Below, in pieces: positions 40,188-55,699 of a DNA stretch of 64,000 nucleotides. Under the pieces are notes generated by a model that saw only the letters and a program-made list of their open reading frames with translations, ran no database searches and was not told the DNA's origin. The position numbers and the translations under genes were made by a program. How positions within the stretch are numbered: the stretch's first letter is position 1; every line of letters begins with the position of its first letter. The DNA is from Octopus vulgaris (taxonomy: Eukaryota), in the NCBI GenBank assembly GCA_951406725.2, contig OX597818.1, forward strand, positions 103,850,001-103,914,000. The letters are read 5' to 3'.

Positions 40188-41212
40188 ATACTCCTGCCTC
40201 AAGGTACAAGATTGTATTCGGAGAGGGTTTACTTTTTCTTAGTTCATGTTTCCTCAATATTTGCTTATTCTGATCCAGCATGAATTGAGGGATTGTTTAT
40301 TTTCACTTCAGTTGAAATTAATTCCAGACAATGCAGAGCAATTATCTCTGCGTCTAACTGTCCCATGGTGGATGCTTTCTATTGTCACGATTAGGTATGA
40401 CAAGAGAATATCTATGGGTATTTGAGGTTTCATAAAAATTTGAAATAATGCATGAAACCATACTACATGCTTTTAATAACTACATGCATGAGGGTGATAA
40501 CCGTGACGACCTGAAACTGTTATTTTTCATCATATTTTGTATATATTTCAGTTAACTGCCTCGTGGTTTGTAATCATACAACTCACCTAATTGCAGACGT
40601 ATTCCAGCTCTCACTTTCCGTCGTAAACGTAATTGTTCTCTGTCGCCTTTTTTATTTTATACTCTAATACCTGTCATTGCTATAATTTCTGTCTATCTAA
40701 CTTCGCCAATTCATTGAAATTACAATCGACAGTATACCTGTGACATATTGAAAGAGCTAGATAATTGGTAACGATCACATTATGTGTGACATTTATTTCA
40801 ATACTAATAATCTTTTTGAGTCATCTCCAATATTTCTCTATAAATATTTTCTTCGTGCCCGACTTTTCTACTATTTCGAGTTCATTAATTTGCGTGTAAT
40901 TCTAATTCCGTCTTTGGCCTTCTGCTCTTGTTTAGATATAGTGCTTCTTTTGCAATCAAGTTTGAACTTTTTCGCAAGTCTTCTACCCATAGCTTTTGCT
41001 AAACTTGCAATTTAATGAATGCGCAACAAGCTAAACAACCAAACATTTTTTTTTTGTTATGTGGCCCATTAACCTATCTGGAGGTAAAAAGGAAAACGGA
41101 ACATGGGCATTGAAATGGAAAGATCACATATTTTCGTCCGTATTTAATGTATTTTAACATATCGGTAAAGCCATTTTCTGTCAGAGAGGCGAATCTTGTT
41201 GGAAAATTCCCT

Positions 41213-41727
<515 letters not shown>

Positions 41728-44700
41728 CATTTGACAGGAATTCCTTTTAATTTTTAGAATTCCTATCTCTTGGCTTAGTATATACCGCTTTCCGATTCTT
41801 GATTGTTTGTTGGTATTTTTCCTCTTATTCTTCCCGTCGCTTCATCGTTTGTGGTTAATATATTTCGTTTATCGAAGATAGAAAGCCGGCTTTATGACCA
41901 TTTGTATTAAATTTTATTTCATTTTTACCGTTTACTCATTTCGAGCTATGAAATGAGAAATGGTCAAGCAGTGTGATCGCTATAATTGACAATTTGCAGT
42001 CCCTGTTGAATTATGTTTTTCTACATCTTCATAGACATAGATTAGATATTTATTTCTGAATATTTTTCAGTTGAATAATGTACTAAGCATCACGTACTCT
42101 TGATAATATATACGTTTTATATAGGTTTTGTTATATTTGAAATAAGATGACTGGTTGTCAATTCACTTATACCATCCTATGCCTGAATTATAACATTTGA
42201 CACTGGCATATTCTAACTTGACTATATTTAAAAGCAGCGTTTTGAGTCAAATTAAACCGCAAACTCCAGCGGCAAAAATCGAAAAGTGCTCAGATTTTTA
42301 AATAACAAGATTAATAAGATGGCATTGAATTTAAATCCGTATTTTCTTCGTTTCTTAAATTTCGCATGGAAACATAAATACGTTTATTAAGTTTAGAATA
42401 CTTCTTGGATGGAGTGGAAACGTTACATATATGCTTCGGAAAGAAAAAGCAAAATTGAGTCTCGCATGGGAAATTATAATTGTGAAAATCAAATTCTACC
42501 TAAATTGGTTTCTTAGAAACCACTCTAGAAAAAGGGCCGGCGTTTTGAACGCTATAAATATATCCGCTAGCATATATCCCACCTCATCTCACAAAAGTTG
42601 TTATCAATGTAATAAACGAGAGAAAAATATTTGGCTGTCTTTTGTAATCCTTGATTCCAACAGATGCAACCGGTTTCCCAGGCGTGTGTTCCACTAAATA
42701 TTCATCATAAAAAGTCATTATTTTCTTATTCTCTTGGGTGACATTTTGTGTGTACCAGCTGCACGTACACGCATCCAAATTGCATCATGTTCCTAGGTTT
42801 TTGTATTAAGTGAAAAATTCTCTGAAAAACACTACTGTTTACCTCTTCCCTTCATAATTCACGTGTTCACTCTTATTCTCTATTTCGTTCAGAATATTTT
42901 TTCCAGCATCTCCAGATTGCTTGGCAGAAATTCCTTCTCGTGTCAAATCTTTGATTACGAGGATGCAGAGAATCTAAACGTGAAAGCAAATTACTTCAGT
43001 CTTCAAGTGCAAAAGTATGTAACTTACCGTTAATGATATACTGAGAAAAAATATACTAATGCAAGGAACACGATTGAACAACAACAATGAATGTATTTTA
43101 TGTCACCTTCTAACATAAAATGAAATGGTACAAATTTTCTGTTTAAATTTTGTCGCAAGATTAGTAATATCAAGGTGCGGGTACTTCGATTACATGAATC
43201 TTAGTTCTCATCAATTACTTATTTTATCGAACTCGAGAGGAAGAATAGCTAAGTCGACATGGACGGCCTTTAATCTAAGAACCTAGAGATGAATGAAGTA
43301 CTGCGAAGCATTTTGTTAGTTCAAGACGACGAGCTGGTGGAATCATGCTGATTATTTTGCCAGCTCACAGTCGTGTACTAGCACTACTCTTACCAAACTA
43401 CTACGCTTTTTTATGTCGTATAGACACTAAGAGTTTTAGATCTTTGTGCATGATTTAGTGACGTTGAACAGCATCGCAGAAAAAACAGGTACCGTCACCA
43501 GAGTTCCGACCCGATCTACGATCTGTACATAACTTTCTCTTCTCTGGTCTTTTGCGATTCGAGATTCTGTCGACCAAATGCAGAGGTCTTTGCATTTCCC
43601 TCTCTCAATAAACTATAAATATTAAAGATAGGGCAAAAGAGCGTATTCCATCTTCTTTAGAAGCAGCATACGAATTCTCATTCAAATCAATACAGTGGAT
43701 AAATATTTTTAAAAGTATAAGAAACACCAATGTAACAATTGTAATTGGTTGACGTAAGAAAAAATCTCAACACATTATTTTGGTTTTAAAAGTAAAATTA
43801 TTGAAATAAACATATTTTTACCTCAATAAGTAGATAGAGAGAAACTATTTGTTGTACACTATGAAACTGAATTGAAGTTTCAGTTTACCTTGTGTGAATA
43901 TTTATATTATTTCCCAATAATGAAAAGTAAACATCCGTTTCGCACAATCATTTACTGCTTCCATGCTAAAAGTAAAGGTGGGTTAACGGATTTCCATTTT
44001 CCTGACGATAAATCGCTGTTCATACTAATCATGGACCAATGTGATCTATTTGATCATTTTAATATGTATCAATTATCGGTCGCGGAAAACGACATATCGC
44101 AGATTATATAAGTATTCTGAAATCCGAATGATTTAGCGTGTTTCACACTTAACCAGTACTAGTGTGGTATTTAGATATGATACAAAATCATTGCAAATAG
44201 GTATGTACGAAGATAGCACACATTCACGTAGCTTCTGCGATTGACTTTTCCTAGTTCAAATAAGCAGATTTGTGAAACCAACAGACACGAAGTAAAAATA
44301 ACTGGCATAACGTTATCTATGTATTGGAATACAATAGTAATTTAGCCCTACCGGTACTACAATTTATTTAACACATAGAGGAGACCCGGATTGGTACCTC
44401 CGTTCCGGATCAGGGAGACCTTGAATGAGGGTAAAATAACGATGACTCCATGTTCATGAAACCTCCAAGATCCCAAATTGGATCCTCATCCCCGGATGCA
44501 TTTTAGCGTGTTAACCGTGTCAATAACATACCCCACATGTATAACAGTCTCCACCATGTGAAACAGATATTACATGGAGTGACTTATGTTAGCTCGGTGA
44601 GTAAAACGTCTGAATGAGAGATCAATGTGTCATTGACTGAATTTCTAATTAGCATGGTGCGTTTTTATTTTTGTCTGTAAAGAATTAGAAAGTTAAGAAT

Positions 44701-44852
44701 GCAATTTGGTATTACGTATTGCCGAATATTACTTTCGCAAAATCTAATCTGGACATATTACATATTGAAAATAATTGTGTTCTTATATGTGAATATATGC
44801 ATTTGTAAATCTGTATATATCTAAATATGTATGTGATTGCACGCACTCATTC

Positions 44853-44941
<89 letters not shown>

Positions 44942-45185
44942 TTAACGTACGTAAATATGTGCGTGCGAATATGTGTGTGCAGTTTTATAGGTGTCCATCT
45001 ATGTATAAATATTTACAAAATAAATAAATATATAAATAGATATATATATATATATATAAAAGAGTAAAAGAGTAAAGAGAGTAATATAATATATATGCAC
45101 ATGTATGTGTGTATATGTGTTTGTGTGTGCATATATATGTCGATATATATATATATGTATGCATACATACGTGTATATATACATA

Positions 45186-45216
<31 letters not shown>

Positions 45217-47180
45217 TTATGTATGTATACGGCCGCTTTCAATGAACGCATTTCAACTGAGAATTCCATTGATTACAATGTATGTACCTTGTTACACCAT
45301 GTTTCTTTTTTTCTTAATTTCAATGCAGTGAAATTGATTTTAACATATTGGCATTCCTTTCATTATGAATTCATGCACATGCTATCGTTTTGAATATATA
45401 TTGTTATGATAGCGTATGACGAATTATTCAATTTCTCGATTAAAATGGAAAACGTACCTGTTGGCTCATGTAATATGACTGGAATATTACTGTGGAGATT
45501 TTGCGCAAGAATATCTCAACTCTACATCGTTGACACTATATAGTTCCCTTCATTGTATACTAAGTTCAAAACCCAACAGAGATATTATTCTCCGTCACGA
45601 GCATTTAGGAAAATGCAATTATCTATCACACCAACTATATCACCTACTTAGGTAATTAAATCCTTTAATCCATTGTCAACCAGCATTTTAGTTTCATTCT
45701 TTAAGGTATTGTTAAAGTAGTATTGATGAGAAAGCACGGAAACAAAGCCATTATAGTATTTAGTTTCACCACGCTAAGCTGTGAATCCATAACGTAGGAA
45801 ATGTAGTCTTTGTTTTTGTCATGACAATTTTAGCAGATTTAGTTTCAGACATGTAGAAGGAATTGTACATTTAGCGATAGAGTTCGCCATAAAAATATGT
45901 TTTATATAATAAAGGGAGGTTGGGGATACGTTCTATCAGTGAATATCACTTATTTTTAAGAAGAAACATCTCTTATTTTTGAGATTATTTCGATAACGTT
46001 AAAAAATTATTTTGTGTTACATGTGTGGGTATGTTTATCGGATAATGGAAGCCGTCCAAAGTGTAGTTATCTCTAGATCGTTACTATTCCTCAGAAGTAT
46101 ACTGTTATTACATTTATTACTAGTATTGTTGTGATAAATAGTGGATGAAATTGTCGATCGCTTCAACTGTGTTTAATATCTGATCATGGTCTTGGAGTTG
46201 TTGTAAGTTTGGTGCGTAGCTCCAGATCAGAATCGATCAAGTGAATTTCTGATCAAAATTTATATGAGCTATAAAGAATCCTTACTTGTTTTGTTAGATG
46301 TGGATGTGGAACTTCTTCGCCAAGTATACCGTATTATTTGTATGCCATAAGTTTGAGATTGACTGATATTTAGCTGGTATATCCGGTTTGTTATGCAACT
46401 GCATGTTTCTGCATATTGTCTTTCAAAGTTATGTTCAACATCATGCGTGATATTTACCGCGTATATTATTTTAAGGGCACCCTTCTTCCGTATAGATATG
46501 CATTACATATTAATGCAAAATCACATATCTTCTCTATTAAGTTTGTTGATGATTTATTGACAAAGGACCCATTACGAGATTTATAGAGAGTGTGGATCGA
46601 AAGAAACGTTAAAATGGGGACTGTATTTTTACAGCTGGGTTTTAACTGCTATGTGCTGGATCATAGGCATGAACGTTAGGTTTCTATATTGGACTTTTTC
46701 TGTACACACGTGATTGAACTGTAACATAAGGACCCTTGTTGGGTCGAAGGTGCAAATTTTCTATTGCCTATATCTGACCAACAAAATTGTATTCTAGTCA
46801 TCATTTCAAGTTGGGTTTTAATATTATCCTCATTTGTTACCAGTATAGGCACATCTCGTCAATTTAGGCAATTTCTCTCTGCTACATAATTCGTTAAATA
46901 TTGTTTTATCAATGTAGAAGTTATTCTGCCTCATAATCGAAAATTTGACACGGAAATGTTTATTGCATCGTCTTTTCAAATGCATATTTCACTGAATTTT
47001 ATTCCACTTACCCTCATTCGTAAAGACATGTTTCCCATTGAAAATGAGTCTAAATCTGCTTCCAACGATACCAATAGTATATCCATTGTTACTGGAGCAT
47101 TTATTTCGTACATCCATCTTAGTGGTAACACCTTTCATTATTTTACCTTTGATAAATGAAAGGTTTTCTTGTCGTCCGTT

Positions 47181-47413
47181 CTCTTTACTCTCTCTCTCTC
47201 TTTTACTTGTTTCAGTCATTTGACTGCGGCCATGCTGGAGCACCACCTTTAATCGAGCAACTCGACCACGGGACTTATTCTTTGTAAGCCCAGTACTTAT
47301 TCTATCGGTCTCTTTTTGCCGAACCGATAAGTGACGGGGACATAAACACACCAGCATCGGTTGTCAAGCAATGCTAGGGGGACAAACGCAGACACACAAA
47401 CACACGCTCATAC

Positions 47414-47444
<31 letters not shown>

Positions 47445-47610
47445 TAAGACGGACTTCTTTCAGTTTCCGTCTACCAAATCCACTCACAAAGCTTTGGTCG
47501 GCCCGAGGCTATAGTATAAAACACTTGCCCAAGGTTCCACGCAGTGGGACTGAACCCGGAACCATGTGGTTGGTAAACAAGCTACTTACCACACAGCCAC
47601 TCCTGCGCCT
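47181..47610 (-). mobile_element. SINE family A, full length
   Basis: Head aggcgcaggagtggctgtgtggtaagtagc; complete body and tail. Confidence 0.93.
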
Positions 47611-49096
47611 ATAGTTCGTATACACATAGTTATAAAATTGTTGATATTTTGACGTAAATTGACACATCAAGGATGGACAGAATCAAAATTACGTTTGCCT
47701 AATCATGGTATAACGTGGATGCGACTACACATATATCAAAGTAGTTTCAGCAATGATGAGCAATCATCTTTTATCACAGCGCTTGGGAACTATAATAATA
47801 ATTATCATCAATAAAATAATGAATAAAGACAGCTGCCGAGAAGATACAAACTCCCAGTTCACTCACACAGACGAATAGATCAGAAATGTTGCACCACCAT
47901 AAAACCTGATTGCAATTCATGATGTGAACTGTCCAGGTAAATTCAAACATTTATTCAAGGCATATCCGTTTATACATCTATGGCAAAATTATTAGATGAG
48001 AATCCACATGCGTATGGCTGAAATCTAGAATTACATTTATCCTCATTTTACACTGAAAATATATTCTGTTTTTGTGAGTAAAAATCGTCTGTACTGGAAA
48101 ATGTAGCTTATGAATAATGAAGACGAAGAAAATAGGTCTTATATAAACTGAACTGAGAGATGCAGTGTGTACCTTACTGTGAAATTCAATATACTAAACT
48201 ATACCATAACAAAAGATATGACAGTATATAACATACCGGTGTATCAAGGACGTCCATTTGATTTGGTGAATTATCTCTTTTACAACAACTGCATAAATGC
48301 AATAGACAATGATATTAATACAAACGTGGACATTCCTCTTTGAAGATAGAGACAATTTTGTAGTCACTACGCTTGTAGCTACCTATATATACTGATGTTT
48401 CATGAGCTAGGTGAGATCTATCGCGTTTGAATTACATTATATGAAAATACTCAAACAAGTATATTGTTGCATGACATATGGAGCAAAAGAAAACCTATTC
48501 TGTGTTTAGTTAGTTCGTGTGTGTTGGTGGGGGGTGCGTGTAATATATGTATCTCCTGCTTATATACTTTCGTGTAATTTGTTTTTCTTTATTTTGTGCA
48601 TGTGTTTATACCTACTTATTAATTTTTTTGTATTTAATTTTTGCATTTAATTTTGTGTTTAAGATCCCCATAAACTAATAACAATATAAACAAAACAAAC
48701 AAAAATATAATAAAATACACAGATAAAAAAATGTAATTAAATAACTATATGCAATAACAAATTTCTTTTTAAAATTTACTTAAATACAAAAAAAAATCTA
48801 CACGTCAATATAAGGAGTGTAAAATAATTTAATGGGTAGGAGACCAATTCCTTGGAGGCTATATACTTAATTCGATAACTGCGGCGTCTTTAGTTTCGGA
48901 AAAATGTTCCTGTCTGAAACAGAGTAGGGCTTTCGATATGAAATATTTTGGTTACACCAGTACCGTTTTGAGCCGTTTACGTAATGCGAGCAATATATTC
49001 TTATTACCAATTTATGCATGATGTGTGAGTGCGTGTGCATGCGTGTGTGTGAGTGGTATCGCCATATATTATTATTATTATTATTATATATATATG

Positions 49097-49166
<70 letters not shown>

Positions 49167-50127
49167 TGTATACGCTATATATGTTATTTATACGGATAGA
49201 TACAAGCATCTACCTAGCTAGGTAGCTAGCTAGCTAGCTAGATAGATAGATAGGCTCTCACGCAACACTTAGTTACGCAAACGTACAAATACATAAACCC
49301 ACACACACACAAGCACGCACACACACACGCACAAGCAAACACACACAAGCACGCACACACAAGCACTCACACACATACACGCACATACACACATACATAT
49401 GATGATGCTAAATAAACCTTGAAGACAATCATTATTATTGCTCAAACTGGGTTTTTCTGTCATTTGTGACTGACAACGGAAACCTCTTATTTGTTTTTCT
49501 TATAATTCTTTTAAACTTTGGAAAACTCTCATCCAGTTAAAAATCATTCGTGATGGACTGTTGATATGTGAAAATACACACATTGCAAGCAATGCATTTC
49601 CTTTTTTATAAACCATACGCTGTGTTGAATTTGAATACTTAATTTCACTTGTACTTGTACATATTATTTCCTGAATATATTATAGAATAATGCACATATT
49701 CTGTGAAAAAAGGAATAAGATAAGAAATTATTAGAGACGAACATAAGTTAATCATTTCAGAAAACAAAATATATTTGGGTATTTTATTCGGTAATTGTTC
49801 AGGTTGTGAAATGAAAATTTGCAGTACGTTTAATTTTGTCTTGAAAATATATATGCTGGGAGGTTATATTTTCGTCTGTAGTTAGATATATTCAAATTAA
49901 TTATATAGCCATGGTTTCTATATTCATTTGGTTATTTAGCATTTATATTTCTTAATATCATTATGTATCACAGAAACATTGCTAACAGAAATCGAAACTT
50001 CTTGTTTGGAATCGTTCGTTCGTACATATATATATCTTGTAATACTTTTGTATAAAACTATCTACAACCGAACAGCAATAGAGAGGACACATGCAAATAC
50101 ATTCATACATATATACTCATATACGAA

Positions 50128-50321
<194 letters not shown>

Positions 50322-51054
50322 ATTGCGAGAAAGAGTGAGAGACATAGGCAAAATGTAACAGATACGATATACATACATGCATATATAAACACACGTGTTT
50401 GTAAGTATATATGATTCAAGTAGATATGTTTTCATAAATAAGTGTTATGCATTTATACACACACGCACGCGCGCACAGACACACACACACACACACGCAC
50501 ACACATATATATATAGCTGTGCGGCAGTGAAATATTTCCTAATTGAGGCAAATACAGTAACAATTTACTAATTAATGTCCAATACTATCAATACGTGAAT
50601 GGTATTCTGTTAATAATTGACTAAATGTAAAAATGAATGTACTATATTGTTATCATTTTCTTTTTCTTTTTTTTTTTGTTATTTGTTTACATATCATTCA
50701 TACACTTCTTTTTAAAGAAATTAAACAAGATAATAATAAACAATATACAAAAAGCAAGCATTAGCACAGAGCAAAATAAGAAGAATATATATATATAAAA
50801 ACAGGAAAAATATAACGTAAATTGTCAGATTTAGTCAATTTGCATCATTCAAGCACTTACATAGATGGAATCTTTCTGAAAGGTAAATAACTATTTTGCT
50901 AATTACACTTAATGACAGATGTAATAGGAAGGACATTACGTCGCTGCTGGTAGTTAAATAATAATACAAAATAAATTGCATATATATATTTCGTACAATT
51001 AGAGTTAATAATGATTAATGAGAAATTATGCTGACTAGAATGAGTGCTCATATG

Positions 51055-51124
<70 letters not shown>

Positions 51125-51174
51125 TAGGGTGTATACACACAAGCATACATGCACACAACTGTGTGTAAGTGTGA

Positions 51175-51311
<137 letters not shown>

Positions 51312-51422
51312 GTAGATAGATAGATATACATAGAAACACACATCTATGCATACATGCATACATAGACACACACACATATATATATATACGTATATATTAT
51401 ATATATATACATATATATATAC

Positions 51423-51478
<56 letters not shown>

Positions 51479-51542
51479 ATGTATATCATTTATAAACAAG
51501 GGCAAAAGAAAAAAGATTTATATGCCAATATACTGAGCATAG

Positions 51543-51602
<60 letters not shown>

Positions 51603-51903
51603 ACATATACAGAAGTTCTTTAACGGTTTCTCTCTTTGCAATGTGGTCTGTGCAAATTGTTTTGCTTTTTATTTAATGTATAACGCATATTTAATGTATA
51701 ACGCATATTTGCCAAACGTAAATTGAGTTGTCGCTAACAAACGAGCGCAGCCATTGATGTAACATGTACCAGCGGTGAGATGCAGACACTCATGTGCAAA
51801 CGCGCTAATACTACTCCCCACCTCATGTTCACTCTCTTAACGCAACCTCATTGATATATATTGCTTGGGCAATTTTTTTAGGTGTCTCGTCTGCCACATA
51901 TCA

Positions 51904-52295
51904 TCTTTATATATAAAAGTAAGGTTGTGTGTCTGTGTACTCCGATTTAGATTCCTAACTACTCCCACATTTTGCGGTGCAGTTTAACCAAAACCGGGTA
52001 TCCTATAGTCGTGATTCATATCGAGCCCTTCTGGGTATTAGCGCGCGTCTACGATGAGTCTACGATTTTAAAAATAATTTACCATAATTTTTTCCATTTT
52101 AATGCATATTTTTTAATATAAGGGAAGTAACTCTCTAAAAATGTCTACGATGAGTCAACGATTTAAAAAAAAATTTACCATCATATTTTTTCCATTTTTA
52201 AAGCATTTTTTTGCTATTTTTGGGCTATAACTCTCTAAAAATGCTTTATAGTTCTTTCCCTTACAAACCCGAGCAACGCCGAGCGATACTGCTAG
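51904..52295 (+). mobile_element. Complete non-autonomous Helitron (392 bp)
   Basis: A|TC 5' end, 3' hairpin-like cccgagcaacgccgag then CTAG|T, no TSD; internal ~95-bp tandem duplication (gtctacgatgagtc... at ~52048 and ~52143). Confidence 0.85.
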
Positions 52296-52440
52296 TGCAA
52301 ACTAAATGCTGTACTGATGACGCTTGTTGTAACCGAATCGTGTATGGTTAATAATCTTGTTTTCCTCAGAATATCGAAACGTCTTACCTTTAATAACACG
52401 TAAATGTTGAAGAATTTTGGAAATGATATGTTCTCTTCAA

Positions 52441-52787
52441 TTGTTTCAGTCGTTTGACTGTGACCATGCTGGGGCACCGCTTTTAGTCGAGCAAATCAAC
52501 CCCAGGACTTATTCTTTGGAAGCCTAGTACTTATTCTATCGGTGACTTTTACCAAACCGCTAGGTTACGGGGACGTAAACACACCAGCATCGGTTGTCAA
52601 GCGATGTTGAGGGAACAAACAGAGACACGCCAGCACACACACACATACATATATATACACATATATGCGACGGGCTTCTTTCAGTTTCCGTCTACCAAAT
52701 CCACTCACAAGGCTTTGGTTGGCCCGAGGCTGTAGTAGAAGACACTTGTCGAACGTGCCACGCAGTGGGACTGAACCCAGCACCCTA
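52441..52787 (-). mobile_element. SINE family A, head partly lost
   Basis: Colinear with 47181-47610. Confidence 0.9.
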
Positions 52788-53073
52788 TGGATCGTAAGCG
52801 AGAATTTTTATAAAATCTAGTTGTTATTTTATGTAATATATACTGAAACGTCTTTTATTATCTAATCACTCCGTCGTCATTGCTAAATGATAGGTACTTT
52901 CACTTTCCTGAAGTTTTTCTAAAATATATGAAAATCTATGCATAGATAGATAGATAGTTCACATGGCCATTTTCATTACGCAAAGTAGTTTGTGTTAGGA
53001 ACGAATGGAAACAAGATTATAACAGAGTAATTTTTATATATCATCTAAAAGCTGAAGGGGATTTTGATTCACG

Positions 53074-53193
<120 letters not shown>

Positions 53194-53702
53194 GAATGCG
53201 CCAAAACACGCACACAGACACTCATGCGTATGTACATCTATGTGTATATATGTAAATCACCTGAATTGCACGGCTTCCCTAAACAGATATCTTGAGAATA
53301 ACCATCAAAGGAAACCTGACAATCACATAGAATTCCACTATCAATCTTTATACCTACGATGCCTAAAAGCTATCCTGATATAAATAAAAGAAACAGTTCT
53401 CCAATACATCTTTCCTTTCTATTGTCAACAGGCGCTTAATCCTTTCAAATTCGCTGTAAATAACACGCCGCCTTTCTAACACTAATCATATTCCTTGCAT
53501 AACCGACTGATATATTATATATTGAACTTGAGATATCTTTCTCAGATGTCCAGACAGTAGTTCATAACAGATCATATTTCTGTCAACATATTTCTGTCAC
53601 AGCTTCACATTCGAAAGCATTCTATACACCAACCGAAATGTCCTCCTAAAGTGTCTTCAACTGCCATACGATTACATTGAGTTTGTGTTTGCTCTTACTT
53701 TA

Positions 53703-54076
53703 TCTCTATATATATAAACTGCAAAATGTCTGTCTGTATGTGTGTGCGTGTCCTTTATACAAATACACAATTTTTCAGTTATAGGGCTCGCACTTTCTAT
53801 TATCATTCAAAACCGTCCAAGGGTGGTCGTGCACATCTTTACATTTCCCCAGTCACCCCGCAAAGCCATTAAAAAATCAATATAAGTGACATTTTTGTGA
53901 ATTTTCTATCTAAAACCCAATCAAAATTCCCGAAACTTGATACGCCAATTGAATGCCAGCTAGCTGTATGTGATTGGTCGGAGATTTGGACAGTACTCGC
54001 CTGTAAGTGCGCACGCACGCAGCTGTATATGTATGCACTAGCGCTATGACCCGGCATTGCCGGGTCAAATTGCTAG
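53703..54076 (+). mobile_element. Complete non-autonomous Helitron (374 bp)
   Basis: A|TCtctatatatataaa 5' end with GTCT repeats; perfect hairpin tgacccggca-t-tgccgggtca at 54047-54067; CTAG|T end. Confidence 0.87.
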
Positions 54077-54874
54077 TATTGTATAAAGAAGTATTCATCC
54101 GAACTAGAAATTGTATCAGTTTTACTAAATAGACATTTTTTTTTTTGTTTTTCGAATCGAGAGGTAAATTAATTTTCACACGAAACTCTAACCATATAGA
54201 AATTACTGCATACCTAACTTTTTATTTTTGAATTCATAACCAAATTTCCACGCACGAGTTCAGTTGAGCATCAACCAATCTTATCGGCAACACAAATCCG
54301 AATTTTTTTCAAGCATCATGACGTAAACTCTCTTGGCTAAAGCCAAAATTATCGTATAACAGTGATACTTGTCGTTGAATAACGTCGACAGCTTGACAAA
54401 TCAGTTTTAGAAATGATGTATGAGACTAGTTCTGTTGCCACGCCTCACATATTTCCTTTGACTCGTTGATTTTCTTTTGGTTAAAGGATTTTGTGAATCG
54501 CCTACAGTGCGTGTCAATAATATCTCATAGATTCTCTTTTTGTTTCCTTTGTATCATATTCTTCGAAGTATAGAAAATTCTTTAAATCTTTATGTCTGTT
54601 TTAAATAGCGGAGCTACTTGCATTACCACCAGCTGAAATTTTCCTAAATGAGGAAATCATTTCATTTTTTCAATATCTGGTATCTTGTAGCGTGAAACCT
54701 GATTCTGGTTTAAATTCAAGTTAAGGCAAGTAAAGTATTTCGATTTTGGATTTGGTTTGCAAGATTCTTTATGTGTGTTCGTGTGTTGAAGCATATTCTT
54801 TTGTGTCTGGGGAGAACCATTCCCTTTCAGTGCCTTATAATTTAACACACTCATTTGATGCCAGTTTTAAGCTT

Positions 54875-55480
54875 TAGATATAGAAACAAAGGACTTGTGA
54901 CTAAAAAACAGGGTTAACACGTGGTATAAAACCGACAAATATCAATGCGTGATGTTTGTAGATGCCACAGCCCGTGGAGAACTAGCCCGTAGATTTAGGA
55001 AAGCTCTGAATGAGACCAAACTCAATATTAAGATTGTTGAATAACCAGGGAACTCCGTCAGTGCACAACTATGTAAGATGTACCCATTTCAGAATACCAT
55101 AATAGCATATGCACCAATGATATCTGCATGGTATGTAGGATTAGCCATGGCATTAATTGTAGAACTAGAAAAATAGTTTACATCATAAGATTCATAGAAG
55201 TGCTTGTAAAGAAATGAACACGACATACATAGTGAAGATATCTCGGAGCATAGCGGAACGACTAATTGAACATTTGAACCAATATGACGACAAAAACAGT
55301 CCTCCATAATCTACCAGCGTGCCATGGAACAACATGGAGGCAACCTGGGTCAACTTGACATCCGTATTTTATCCAACCACCCAATGAACCCAACTCTTAA
55401 ACAAATACAGCAGTACGTCCTCATAAAGAAACATCTCCAGTACAAAATAGGAAATATACGTAGTAGAGATCATACTCTAA
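54875..55480 (+). pseudogene. Decayed Penelope-like element C-terminus (linker, Cys cluster, GIY-YIG); a different lineage from its neighbour
   Basis: WYKTDKYQCVMFVDATARGELARRFRKAL...KIVE.PG...CTNDICMVC...NCRTRKIVY...SRSIAERLIEH...QHGG...PTLKQI; several frameshifts. Confidence 0.7.
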
Positions 55481-55553
55481 CACAGAGGTGGAGTAGAATA
55501 GTTGCTGGGAAGTTATGTAGATAGATAGATGTAGGTGTGTGTCTGGGTGTGTG

Positions 55554-55587
<34 letters not shown>

Positions 55588-55699
55588 CAAATAAATGAAA
55601 GAATGGAGTTGAACGACGAATTAACAAAATTCCTTTATTTTATTTTCGACATATGTTTCGAAGGCTGCATATTCCTAATTTAGAAGGAATAAGGGTTTG

